A stretch of DNA of 64,000 nt from Candidatus Zhuqueibacterota bacterium (GTDB lineage: Bacteria; Zhuqueibacterota; Zhuqueibacteria; Thermofontimicrobiales; Thermofontimicrobiaceae): assembly GCA_049322915.1 (NCBI GenBank), contig JBMOPW010000016.1:71971-135970 (forward strand), written 5' to 3'. Below are positions 19,968 through 30,172 of this stretch, piece by piece. Under the pieces are notes generated by a model that made no database searches, had not been told where the DNA came from, and saw only the letters and a program-made list of their open reading frames with translations. The position numbers were made by a program, and so were the translations under genes. The number at the start of each line of letters is the position of its first letter. The stretch's first letter is position 1.

Positions 19968-21476
19968 ATGGCTAACGATTACTCTCAGTCTTTTGTCAAT
20001 AGTCAAATCAAACGAACGGCAAAAGATTTTCTTATTTATTTACCTGCTATGGTTATCCCAGCAATTGTTGGCATTATACTCATTCGTATTTTTACAAGCA
20101 TTTTTACGCCGACAGAATATGGAAATTACCAATTAGCTTTTTCAGCATTTGGCTTAATCCGAGTTTTCAGCATGGCTTGGCTGGCAAATTGCGTTACTCG
20201 TTTTTTTTTAAATCAGAAAAACAATGGCGTTCAGCATATTTTTTTTTCCACGTTAGGCATCGCTTCCTTTGTAAGCGCCTTTGGTATTGCAACGCTTAGC
20301 TATCTTATCAATATTTTCTTTTTTAAAGCCAAAATAGCGGATAGTCTTTTTTCGTTGGTTAATCTAGCAATTGTCGCCTCAATTTTCAATACTATATTTG
20401 AAATTTTTGTGTTGGTATATCGTGCGGGCCTGGAAGCGAAGAAATATTCTCTTTACTGGATTTTGTTCTCGGTAGGAAAACCGCTACTCAGTATTGGACT
20501 GATACTTCTTTTTGACTTGAGAGTATCCGCTATTTTTTGGGGATTCCTTATTGTTCCACTTGTTCTCGATATTATAGTTTTGTTTGAATTAAACTTTATT
20601 CGTCAATTCCGTATTCAAAATTTCTCGATGCCTCTTCTGCGAGAGTTTGCAAATTTTGGAATCCCAATAACTTTTTCGATGTTTTCATTTTGGATATTAT
20701 CCCTGTCCGATCGGTTTCTCATTGAGTACTTTCGAGGGAGTAGTGAAGTGGGGCTATACGCAGTTGGTTATGTAATCTCAGAGCGTATATTAACTTTTGC
20801 TTATACTGTACTTATGCTCGCCGCTTATCCGATTATTATCGAAAATTGGGAGCAGCATGGCGATCAAAAAACTCAAACATTGATTACTGAATTGACTCGA
20901 TATTATTTTTTGTTATGTATGCCAATTGTAACTGTTTTGCTGGTTGTCCCCAAGCCGATGCTCAAGATATTTTCCAGCGCCACATTCATTGATGGCGCCA
21001 AAGTGCTCCCATTCATTGCAATTGGTGTTTTCTTCAATGGTCTTTGCCAGTATGTATTGAAAGGCTTCGAGCTCCATCGCAAAAGCGGAAGCATCGCTAA
21101 ACTTGCATTAATCGCTGGTGTCATTAATATAAGTTTGAATTTAATTTTCATCCCCAAATATGGTTATTACGGCGCTGGATTGTCAATGCTTTTAACCTAT
21201 CTGGGATACTTCATTCTTGCAATTTATTTTACAAAAGATGAATTGCGCTGGACACCACCTATAAGATCAATATTAAATAGTATTCTAGCTGCTTGCTTGC
21301 TCGCCTGTTTTTTATTAGGCAGTTTGGAAATCATAGACAGTCAATTATCTTTTATTTTTCTAATATTGCCATCGGGAATCGTTCTGTACTACTTTTCATT
21401 ATTTGTTATTAAGGAAATTAAGATGGAGGAAGTACAAAAAGGTAAAACTGTCATCTTCCGACTCTTCAGGGACTGA
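19968..21476 (+). CDS. wzx: Oligosaccharide flippase
   Basis: Many TM helices, FTPTEYG, FGIP...LSLSDRFLI...EVGLYAVG and LNLIFIPKYGYYGA. Confidence 0.85.
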   Translation: MANDYSQSFVNSQIKRTAKDFLIYLPAMVIPAIVGIILIRIFTSIFTPTEYGNYQLAFSAFGLIRVFSMAWLANCVTRFFLNQKNNGVQHIFFSTLGIASFVSAFGIATLSYLINIFFFKAKIADSLFSLVNLAIVASIFNTIFEIFVLVYRAGLEAKKYSLYWILFSVGKPLLSIGLILLFDLRVSAIFWGFLIVPLVLDIIVLFELNFIRQFRIQNFSMPLLREFANFGIPITFSMFSFWILSLSDRFLIEYFRGSSEVGLYAVGYVISERILTFAYTVLMLAAYPIIIENWEQHGDQKTQTLITELTRYYFLLCMPIVTVLLVVPKPMLKIFSSATFIDGAKVLPFIAIGVFFNGLCQYVLKGFELHRKSGSIAKLALIAGVINISLNLIFIPKYGYYGAGLSMLLTYLGYFILAIYFTKDELRWTPPIRSILNSILAACLLACFLLGSLEIIDSQLSFIFLILPSGIVLYYFSLFVIKEIKMEEVQKGKTVIFRLFRD

Positions 21477-21477
21477 A

Positions 21478-22830
21478 ATGTTAATTCAAAATTTAAATTT
21501 CGAAATTGATATAAAGAAATATTTCAAATGGCTTGTTGCAGTAGAGTCATTAACAATAGCTATGTTGTTTTTTTCAGAAATTTTCAGTCTTGCTTTTTTT
21601 CTGACCTTTTTTTTTCCGTTTATAATTTTTTTAGTTCCTGAAATCAGCTTTGCTGTTGCGTTGACCGACAATATTCTCCTCAAGGTTTTATCAGATGCTG
21701 TTCCTACTGGACTTCCATTTCCTCAGTTGATTGCTTATTTTTTATTAATTTCCTTCTCGATCTTTTTTTATCTCAGCAGAAAATCAGATCAATATGAATT
21801 CATTGATAGTAGACTTCATCAGATTGTAATCGCTATTATATTATTACTTATTTTCGGATTATTCTTTTCGACTAATAGAAGCTATGGCGCGACTAAGATT
21901 TTATTCTATCTGATTTATAATTTGACTATGTTTTTCATTCCCTCTCTTTATGTGAATGATTTAAGAGGTATTAAGAGAATTATCATTATTGGTTATATCC
22001 TGGGAATTATCCTCGGCCTTATTAGCTTCCTAGTTAAAGCTGACACAGTAGTTCAATTTTTACGTTTTCGGCCATCGGAAAGTGTCAACCCAATTTTTCT
22101 ATCAAGAAGCCTTGGCGTTTCTATTATTTGTGGTATTTTTTTACTCGTGAAATCGAAACAACTTTATACAAAATTCTTGATCCTATTATCTTATATCATT
22201 CTATTACCTCCCATGATTTGGTCGGGTTCGCGAGGCCCTTTTATTGGTGTTTTAGTATTAGCTTTAGGGTTTTATTTTCTTCAACCTGCGAAGCCATTAT
22301 CAAAAAAGATATTGATTAGTCTTGTCACTTTGACATCAGCAGTCCTTCTAATAATTTACACCACAAATACAATTTCCACGCGGATATCGGCACCAATCAC
22401 TCAGGAAGCAAGCTCAGCATTTAGGGTTCTGGCATGGTTGGTTGCTATTCAGAATTTCCTATCTTCACCATTGATTGGCATTGGAACAGGAAGTTATCTT
22501 ATGGAAGCGCCATGGCAGAATTTTATTTATCCTCACAATCTAATTTTGGAATTGGCATGCGAGAATGGTATACTCGGATTAATTTTAATACTTTTGTTCA
22601 TCGGCCAGGCTATTCGTTATGGGTTAAGTAACATTAGAGATTATGCCGCGACGAATGAATCGTCTGGTCTGCAATTGAGTGTTGTAAGTATTTGTTTGTT
22701 TCTTTTTGGTCTCTGGAATGCAATGTTTAGTGGTGACATTTCTAATAATTCGCTGGTTTGGTTTGCGGGAGGATTAATTAGCGCTTTATCTCTGACGACA
22801 AAAGTAAAAAGAGTGAAAAAAAATGGTTAG
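21478..22830 (+). CDS. O-antigen polymerase/ligase family membrane protein (Wzy-like)
   Basis: Polytopic membrane protein with SGSRGP, SSPLIGIGTG and YPHNLILELACENGILG. Confidence 0.8.
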   Translation: MLIQNLNFEIDIKKYFKWLVAVESLTIAMLFFSEIFSLAFFLTFFFPFIIFLVPEISFAVALTDNILLKVLSDAVPTGLPFPQLIAYFLLISFSIFFYLSRKSDQYEFIDSRLHQIVIAIILLLIFGLFFSTNRSYGATKILFYLIYNLTMFFIPSLYVNDLRGIKRIIIIGYILGIILGLISFLVKADTVVQFLRFRPSESVNPIFLSRSLGVSIICGIFLLVKSKQLYTKFLILLSYIILLPPMIWSGSRGPFIGVLVLALGFYFLQPAKPLSKKILISLVTLTSAVLLIIYTTNTISTRISAPITQEASSAFRVLAWLVAIQNFLSSPLIGIGTGSYLMEAPWQNFIYPHNLILELACENGILGLILILLFIGQAIRYGLSNIRDYAATNESSGLQLSVVSICLFLFGLWNAMFSGDISNNSLVWFAGGLISALSLTTKVKRVKKNG

Positions 22831-23746
22831 GGGTAAAGTGATAGAAGAAAAAAATTATCTCATTAGCCTAATACTAATTACCTACAATCGAATTAATGTC
22901 CTAATCGATTGCATCGATGCTATAAATACTCAAACGTACCAATCTCTTGAAATAATTCTAGTGGATAATAGCAGTTCAGATGGCACTTCAGAAATTATTA
23001 AAAACAAATATTCGGATATTAAATTAATTCAGGCAGAAAAAAATCTTGGCGTACCTGGTGCAAGAAATTTAGCGATTAATTATGCACACGGAGACTTGTT
23101 GGTGTTTATAGATGATGACTGCATCATTAAAGATCGTCAATTCTTTGAGCAGCTCAATCGTTACTTCGTTGAAAAAAAAGATGTAGCCATTTTGACCTTT
23201 AAAATTGTGAATTATTTTTCCGATAAAGTTAATCGACTTGAGTTCCCTCATCGGGATAAAAGTTTGGTTGAACAGGAATTCGAAACGAGTTATTTTTTGG
23301 GAACGGCAAACGCTATTCGCCGAGAAGTTTTTGAATCGACTGGCGTTTTGTTTGCAGATTATTTTTATGGTTTCGAAGAGATTGACTTTTCAATGCGCGC
23401 TTTGGAACGTGGTTTTCGATTATTTTATTCTCCACAATTCGTTGTCTATCATAAAACTTCACCCGAGGCGCGGCCGTCATGGCGATCGGTTTATTATTTT
23501 ACCCGGAATAGAATCTGGTTCGCATTTTCATTTCTACCATGGTATTTTATCGTAACTCATTTTATCATCTGGCTGAGTTATTATTTTCTGCTTTCACTTA
23601 AAATTAAACATCCGGCAAAATTTTTCAAGGGCTTGGCGGATGGAGTTCGCGGCCTAAAAAAAATCAAACAGAGAAGACAATCGCTAAAAACCTCTAAGAC
23701 CGTCATTAATAAATTATTTCAACTTAAGGGGCGATTGTTGTACTAA
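22823..23746 (+). CDS. Glycosyltransferase family 2
   Basis: ISLILITYN, VDNSSSDGT, NLGVPGARN, FIDDD and EEIDF. Confidence 0.88.
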   Translation: MVRGKVIEEKNYLISLILITYNRINVLIDCIDAINTQTYQSLEIILVDNSSSDGTSEIIKNKYSDIKLIQAEKNLGVPGARNLAINYAHGDLLVFIDDDCIIKDRQFFEQLNRYFVEKKDVAILTFKIVNYFSDKVNRLEFPHRDKSLVEQEFETSYFLGTANAIRREVFESTGVLFADYFYGFEEIDFSMRALERGFRLFYSPQFVVYHKTSPEARPSWRSVYYFTRNRIWFAFSFLPWYFIVTHFIIWLSYYFLLSLKIKHPAKFFKGLADGVRGLKKIKQRRQSLKTSKTVINKLFQLKGRLLY

Positions 23747-23785
23747 TTTTTTTAGATTATTCTTTCTTATTTGAACTTAATAACT

Positions 23786-24979
23786 ATGCGTATTTTATTA
23801 ATCACAAACTATTTTCCGCCGGCGAACACAGTTGCATCTCATCGGCTTTACAGCTTCGTCAAATATCTGCCCGATTTCGGTATCGATATTGATGTCTGTA
23901 CTCCGAGACGAACTGGTACACTTGAATATAATCTGAACTCGATTATTCAAATATTTCTTTATCCAGATGATTCACAGCTAAATAAATTTTCCGCAGATTT
24001 GAGCTTCTTGCGTCGATTTCTCAGGTTCACTGGTCTGGTTCCACTCTACCGTTATCTGAGAAATCAACTTTTTTTAAAGGGAAAAGCCTATTTTAATAGC
24101 GAGCGAATGTCAAACTATCAGGCTATTTTTGTTTCATTTGGCCCTGAAAGTGTATTACGCCTTGGATACTATTTGTCCAGAAAATATAACCTGCCGCTAA
24201 TAGTTGACTATCGAGATTTATGGTTGAATATTTTAATTCCTAATCCGTCTCTTTTCAACCGATTCATTATTTCATTTATTGAGAAACGAATTATACAACA
24301 TGCCGCGTTAATTACAACTGTGTCCCAAAATCTTGCTGCAGAACTTCACAGTCGCTACCAATGCGAATCAGTTATTATTTACAATGGCTATTTTGATGAT
24401 ATCCATGTTAAAGGAGATTTCGAGTTATCAGCGGTTGAAAAATCAGATATCATTATCGGCTATTCGGGTAGTTTGTACAATGGCATTCGTCCCATTGAAG
24501 TTATATTCCCGGCATTAAAAAACTTATCCAAACTAAAACTTCATGTGGCAATTTTTGATGACATCGATTATAACTATGTAATAAATTTATGCAAGAAATT
24601 TAGTGTCAACCACAAAGTTGTAATATACCAAAATTTGACCAATGAACAATCCATACTATTCCAACGCCTATGTGATATTTTGTTATTACTAAATAGGATG
24701 GACGGCTCATGGAAAGGTGCGCTTACTGGAAAACTGTTTGAATATATTTCTGCAAGAAAATTTATTTTGGGAATAGGCCATCCTTCAGATGAAGCGGCAG
24801 AAATCATTCAACGATTAAAAATTGGTGTGTATGTTAATTCTACGGAGCAGGCATCGAAGTTTTTTGAAACTATTGATCACTTCAATTTAGTCACACCTGA
24901 GGATACATCCTTTTTTACTCGAAGAAATCAGACAAAAATTCTGGCAGAGGCAATTTACCGTGTATTCCCGCAAAGATGA
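23786..24979 (+). CDS. Glycosyltransferase family 4
   Basis: MRILLITNYFPP, DYRDLW, YNGY, YSGSLY and GKLFEYI. Confidence 0.85.
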   Translation: MRILLITNYFPPANTVASHRLYSFVKYLPDFGIDIDVCTPRRTGTLEYNLNSIIQIFLYPDDSQLNKFSADLSFLRRFLRFTGLVPLYRYLRNQLFLKGKAYFNSERMSNYQAIFVSFGPESVLRLGYYLSRKYNLPLIVDYRDLWLNILIPNPSLFNRFIISFIEKRIIQHAALITTVSQNLAAELHSRYQCESVIIYNGYFDDIHVKGDFELSAVEKSDIIIGYSGSLYNGIRPIEVIFPALKNLSKLKLHVAIFDDIDYNYVINLCKKFSVNHKVVIYQNLTNEQSILFQRLCDILLLLNRMDGSWKGALTGKLFEYISARKFILGIGHPSDEAAEIIQRLKIGVYVNSTEQASKFFETIDHFNLVTPEDTSFFTRRNQTKILAEAIYRVFPQR

Positions 24980-26172
24980 GCAAGGCTATAATTAATCGAA
25001 ATAAAGGTGAACTCAAAATGCTCTTCAAATGGATATTTTGGATTTCGTTATCATTGATCGTTTATAGTTATTTAGGTTTTTATTTAGTGTTATTCATTCT
25101 TACCAAAATTAAACCGAAGAAGCGACTTCGTGATCAGAACTATTTTCCAACGATCAGTATGCTCATCTCGGCTTATAACGAAGAATCAGTTATAAAAAGC
25201 AAAATAGACAACTGTTTACTAATTGATTATCCAAAAGATAAAATTGAGTTTTTGTTTGGCTCGGATGCATCTGATGATAATACCAACCAAATACTCACTG
25301 CCAATCAGTCCAATCTGATTCGACCATTTTTTTATTCACAGCGACAGGGAAAAGCAGCAACGTTGAATAGATTGGTAAAAAATGCGGATGGAGAAATCCT
25401 TGTTTTCTCTGACGCTAATACGATGTATCAACCAGATGCAATAAAAAATCTTGTTCAGCACTTTGTTGATGAGAATATAGGGGGTGTCTGTGGTAGATTG
25501 AAATTAGTATCTTTTAATGATAGTTCCGGCGGTAACGGAGAAACGCTCTATTGGAGCTACGAAAATATGTTGAAAGCAATGGAAGGAAAGATAAAAACAG
25601 TCTTTGGAGCTAATGGTGCTATCTACGCCATTCGGCATAAATTCTATCATGCTCTACCAGAGAATAAGGTGATCATGGATGATTTTATAATCCCTTTGAA
25701 AATAATCGAGAAGTATCACAAAGATATTATCTACGCATCGGATGCAGTTGGCATTGAAACTACTTCTAAGAATGAGGCTGGAGAATTCACGAGAAAGATT
25801 CGCATTGGTGCGGCAAATTTCAATAGTTTGGTTGAAATCTGGCGGCTGCTATTACCATGGAGATGTTTTGTAGCATTTGGCCTTTGGTCGCATAAAATTC
25901 TCCGTTGGTTCGTTCCATTCTTTTTAATTTTTGTTCTGGTGACTAATTTTTTATTGTCAGACATTCCCTTTTTTATGTTTGCTGCGTTGTTGCAATTGTT
26001 ATTTTACATGTCAAGCCTTATTGGGTTTATGCTGACAAAACTGGAAATTAAAAAGCCCTCTATTCTTGTTTATAGCTATTATTTCGTGGGAATTAATGCT
26101 GCACTTTTAATTGGCTTTTTTAAGTTCATCTTTAAAACGCAAAAACCAGCCTGGAAGCGGGTCCAAAGATAA
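24976..26172 (+). CDS. Membrane glycosyltransferase family 2 (PgaC/IcaA-like)
   Basis: ISAYNEE, SDASDD, GKAATLN, FSDAN, GANGAIYAIR, MDDF, plus N- and C-terminal TMs. Start could be 25018. Confidence 0.85.
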   Translation: MSKAIINRNKGELKMLFKWIFWISLSLIVYSYLGFYLVLFILTKIKPKKRLRDQNYFPTISMLISAYNEESVIKSKIDNCLLIDYPKDKIEFLFGSDASDDNTNQILTANQSNLIRPFFYSQRQGKAATLNRLVKNADGEILVFSDANTMYQPDAIKNLVQHFVDENIGGVCGRLKLVSFNDSSGGNGETLYWSYENMLKAMEGKIKTVFGANGAIYAIRHKFYHALPENKVIMDDFIIPLKIIEKYHKDIIYASDAVGIETTSKNEAGEFTRKIRIGAANFNSLVEIWRLLLPWRCFVAFGLWSHKILRWFVPFFLIFVLVTNFLLSDIPFFMFAALLQLLFYMSSLIGFMLTKLEIKKPSILVYSYYFVGINAALLIGFFKFIFKTQKPAWKRVQR

Positions 26173-26182
26173 GCCGATTTAA

Positions 26183-27286
26183 TTATTCTGCCAATTTAAG
26201 ACAATAAGACTTTTCATCTGGTGGAAGTGAAATTAGAACATTGCACCGATTGAAAATTTGAGTCTGTTTATATCCACCCTGATTGGATATAATCATTTCT
26301 TTATTTATCCAATATTCTGGAATAGTTAGTTCGATCGTTAAAGGCTGACTGTAAAAATTATTATCGAGTTCATCGCTCAACATTAAAGTTAAAGTTTCAA
26401 TTTTGCCCTGAATATTTTTAGATATTAGAAGGTCAATTTTGGTTTTGTTTTTTTCTAAAATATATAAATTGATATCATTCATAGAGGCGACCCAAAAGTC
26501 ACGACTTTTTATTGATTCGACATTTTTCACAAACTCGTCCCATTTAAAAAAGCCATATCCATTCTCCTCGCCAATTGAATGATAGGCTAAAATTAACCAG
26601 GCGCGGGATGCAATCGCTTGGTCCAGAATTGGTACAAGTTCATTGTTATCATTCACGCACTCTTCGTTATTAGCATAAGATAAATCTTGCATTACAACGG
26701 ATGGAAGCTGATACCAATTTTGCGGCTCTGATAAAGAATCTGGAATAATCCATGGTTTGTTCATTCCTTTAAAAAAATGCATTCGACCAGACAAAAAGCC
26801 CGCTTCGTGCAACGCATTTTGTGTTTCATTTTTTAGACCGCCACTTGCAGGATAGGCATAAGCAATAGGTTTTAAATTCCAGCTTATTAACGTTTGATAA
26901 CATAGAGAAAAAGAATTCAATTTTTCTTCGTAACTTAAAGCATCATGATCAAAATGCCAATGACCATGCCCATAGTATCCAAAACCAGATGGTATCAAAT
27001 AGTTTAATAAATAATCTTTTAGCTCAGGATGACAAAGATAATAGCTAGTCACTATTTCATAATCGATCGTCATATTTTGAGACAACAAATAATTTTGAAG
27101 CATAATATTTGAATCACTCATTGGATTACCATGGTCGTAAGTCAAGGATATAGCGGCTCGACAATTGCCAAACCATTTTGTGATTTTCGCATTTGCCGAG
27201 TATTGTTCTGGTTCATAAGCATTTTTCATATCACAATTTAACCATAACATCAGCCATAGAAATAAATATGCATTCAATATTTTCAT
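26183..27286 (-). CDS. Exported (lipoprotein-like) polysaccharide deacetylase, CE4/NodB-like
   Basis: Signal ending WLNC, then AISLTYDHG, HGHWH, YAYP and ILAYHSI. Confidence 0.7.
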   Translation of the reverse strand: MKILNAYLFLWLMLWLNCDMKNAYEPEQYSANAKITKWFGNCRAAISLTYDHGNPMSDSNIMLQNYLLSQNMTIDYEIVTSYYLCHPELKDYLLNYLIPSGFGYYGHGHWHFDHDALSYEEKLNSFSLCYQTLISWNLKPIAYAYPASGGLKNETQNALHEAGFLSGRMHFFKGMNKPWIIPDSLSEPQNWYQLPSVVMQDLSYANNEECVNDNNELVPILDQAIASRAWLILAYHSIGEENGYGFFKWDEFVKNVESIKSRDFWVASMNDINLYILEKNKTKIDLLISKNIQGKIETLTLMLSDELDNNFYSQPLTIELTIPEYWINKEMIISNQGGYKQTQIFNRCNVLISLPPDEKSYCLKLAE

Positions 27287-27483
27287 CTCAACGCTCCTCG
27301 AAGTATGTTCTTTTTTGTGTAACTATATCTTGATAACTTTGAAATTAAGCCAGCAAACGATTACTTGCTCAAACGTTGAGCATTTCAGTAGGAGCTAACT
27401 TCGCATTACTCAGTTCAACTTTAATTATTAATATTTTCCACAGCTTAAAGTATGAATTGAAAATGAAGAAATGCACATGATTT

Positions 27484-28434
27484 TCATGGATAGTCTTTCG
27501 CGAATAAATCAGCCATTTCTTTAAAATAATTTTCACCAGTCATCTTAAAAAGCATGTTAAGCTGATCGATATGAACTTGATGGTAACTTGCTTCAGGAAT
27601 ATGTTTGTGTTTCAGACAATAGTAACTTATTCCGCCTGGATTTCGAAACTGATCGATACAATGGTAGATTGTAGTAATGCCAGCCTGAAGTAGTTCTTTA
27701 CAAAGTTCATTATTTGTTAATTGATAGTAGTCATAAAGACCATAAATCCCGAATATAAAACCATTCAAGGTGTGATCCGGAATTTCTAATGGATATTCTT
27801 CAATCCAATAGTAATTCGCTGAATCGGTCATCACAGTCCATGGATTAGATGAGACTTTGAAATTGTTAAAGCTTGTAAAAATCTGGTCGGCAATTTCAGC
27901 GTATTTTTTTTCATTGGTCATCTTGTACAACCTGACAAATGCTGAAAGTGTTTGTCCTTGCGCCATGCCTGAATACCAAGGGCTATACAGTATATCACCT
28001 CCATGAAGGGTAAAATTAAAGGAGTAAGGAAAATAAAGTGCATTATTGGAAAGTGTGGATATCTCGATTAGCTTATCAGCGAACAAATTTGATCGTTTTA
28101 TGTAATCGTAATTATTGGTGATTCTATAAGCGTTTAAATATTGTAGAATCCACTGAGCAAGCTGAACTGGGTGATAATATTTTTCTCCTCTATAGTTAAA
28201 TAAAATAACTCCCTGTTCATCTTTTTCAAATGGGTAGTCTAGGGAGAGTGCGATATTCCCGCTATATGGAGCGTCATCGTAGCTCAATGCATTGATATTA
28301 AAGGGAGTAATTAGGTACGTAATTCTTTCAGGCTCTGGACTTTGACAATCACGACAGTTTATCGATGAATGCACAATAATAGTTGCAAGTAAAAGGATTA
28401 TAATTGAATTAGTTTTTATTAACTTGATTCGCAT
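27484..28434 (-). CDS. Exported D-glucuronyl C5-epimerase family protein
   Basis: Signal peptide ending SINC. WYSGMAQGQ, WIEEYP, LNGFIFGIYGLYDY and YHQVHIDQL match the C-terminal motifs of GLCE-type C5-epimerases. Confidence 0.85.
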   Translation of the reverse strand: MRIKLIKTNSIIILLLATIIVHSSINCRDCQSPEPERITYLITPFNINALSYDDAPYSGNIALSLDYPFEKDEQGVILFNYRGEKYYHPVQLAQWILQYLNAYRITNNYDYIKRSNLFADKLIEISTLSNNALYFPYSFNFTLHGGDILYSPWYSGMAQGQTLSAFVRLYKMTNEKKYAEIADQIFTSFNNFKVSSNPWTVMTDSANYYWIEEYPLEIPDHTLNGFIFGIYGLYDYYQLTNNELCKELLQAGITTIYHCIDQFRNPGGISYYCLKHKHIPEASYHQVHIDQLNMLFKMTGENYFKEMADLFAKDYP

Positions 28435-28636
28435 TTAATATTCCTTTCTACTCAACGGTTGTTCAGATAGATAGTATTTGTAAAAAAGAAATGCTGTTAT
28501 AATATTAGTGACTAAAAAATACTTAGAGTAACATCAACAGAATTCTGGAAATGACTAAATATCAATGAAAGCATATTTCTTCAGTCGACTAAAACTTCGA
28601 ACAGATCGCTAACAACGTGATTATTTAAATTGTGTA

Positions 28637-28665
28637 ATAATAGTATTTTTGTTATTAATAGTCAA
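28637..28665 (-). promoter_or_regulatory. Putative sigma70 promoter for the epimerase and deacetylase pair
   Basis: TTGACT-17 nt-TATTAT, but the region is AT-rich. Confidence 0.4.
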
Positions 28666-28967
28666 GAAAAATTTCAGTTGACCTTCATGAAAGGCAAAGT
28701 AATTTTTTCACTCTTGGCTTCAATGATAATTATTTTTTCCATTGATTAAAAATTTAGACAATCTCACATAAAAGAATCACTCACGCACGTTCACAGGGAT
28801 ATTTTTTTCCTGGAACGAAAGTTGTATAGCCATGTATAACAAAGTGACTAAAATTTTCAAACGGTGATGCCAGACGACTGTGTTGTCCGCGATAGCCATA
28901 TTTCAGGACTTTGAGTGGCATATACGTTTTGATGCGAAAAATGGAACGCGTTCAAGTGGGATGAGAT

Positions 28968-29900
28968 ATGGTACAAACATCAAAAAGATTCCGCAGAGTT
29001 TATCAGAGCTTAACCAATTTTGAACTCCAGAGAACGTCATCCGCCGATAAGCTCATTTCGACGGAAGACATTCTGGGCGATTTGGAGGAAAAGGAACGAC
29101 CCCATTTGTTCCTGAATTTTTACTCGGAATTGGGAATCCAGAAAGCGCTCGAAGAATATGGCATTTTCCACGATTTGAACAAGCGCGGTTTTTTTAATTT
29201 CATCACACGAATCGATGCGCAGGACCCCTATCGGCATACGCTGAAATTGTTCTACGAGAAGGAAGACGTCGACCACCTGCTGGGCGAGTTGTATGTTCGG
29301 AAAAAATATTTCATTGCCAAGCCTGTCTTCCCTTCGGAAATTTCCGGCCAGAAATTTTCCATGATCGTGATAGAATGGCTCACGCTGCAAGACCCCACTG
29401 CGGAGTTCACAACGCGACGTCCCCCGTTGCCGGGACAAATTTTCCCCGGGCTGAGGATCGGGCGAAAAATTGTGGGGATTTTTGTGAATATGGCGCTGCG
29501 GCTCAAGACGGATGGACTGCTCAATATTCCGGACCATTACCACAATGCCGTGTTTTATTCGAAGCATTTCAAATATTTCAATCCGACCACCGAGGGACAG
29601 TTTTTGGCCATGCAGCGTGATTTGCGCATGTTGGGTTTATTCAAAGCCGCCTGGGCTGTGGAATTGAATTGCATTCTCGAAGAAAATTCCAGCAAGCCGT
29701 GGCAGTGGTTCACGGACGAACAGGTCCTGTTTGTGAGCAGAAAAATGGAGAAGTATTTTGAGGCGGATGAATACCAGGATCATGTGGCCGAAGCGTTCGC
29801 TCAATACAAATTCACCATTGATGAGGAGAAGTTCAACCATTTGATCAAAGAGCAGCCATTTTGCGCCATGGTTCCTGAATTGATGGAGCAAATGGCGTAA
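28968..29900 (+). CDS. Conserved hypothetical protein (resembles a domain fused to some bacterial deacetylases; possible GNAT-like fold)
   Basis: IEWLTLQDP...RPPLPGQIFPGLRIG...DGLLNIPDHYHNA motif pattern. Confidence 0.55.
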   Translation: MVQTSKRFRRVYQSLTNFELQRTSSADKLISTEDILGDLEEKERPHLFLNFYSELGIQKALEEYGIFHDLNKRGFFNFITRIDAQDPYRHTLKLFYEKEDVDHLLGELYVRKKYFIAKPVFPSEISGQKFSMIVIEWLTLQDPTAEFTTRRPPLPGQIFPGLRIGRKIVGIFVNMALRLKTDGLLNIPDHYHNAVFYSKHFKYFNPTTEGQFLAMQRDLRMLGLFKAAWAVELNCILEENSSKPWQWFTDEQVLFVSRKMEKYFEADEYQDHVAEAFAQYKFTIDEEKFNHLIKEQPFCAMVPELMEQMA

Positions 29901-30095
29901 CCTGATTTGGGCAGGGAACCGCTCGTGAATCGATCGCTTCGTGAACTGGCAGCGTCTGTTGTGATCATCCAGGCAATGCCCGCAGTCGACGCGATTCGGC
30001 GGCACGAATTAGAACTCGCAGGAAAGACTCCAGCTTCGTTTTTGGTGGAAAGACCAGGTTGTTTTTTCATAGAATTTTATTTCAATAATAAATGC

Positions 30096-30140
30096 AAACA
30101 CCCGAAATCACAATGTTCCTTCGATTTCGGGTGTTTTATT
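30096..30140. terminator. Probable bidirectional terminator between convergent genes
   Basis: aaacacccgaaatc/gatttcgggtgttt stem with flanking A- and T-rich runs. Confidence 0.6.
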
Positions 30141-30172
30141 TTTTACCATTGGCGTTGAACAATGTATCAAAA

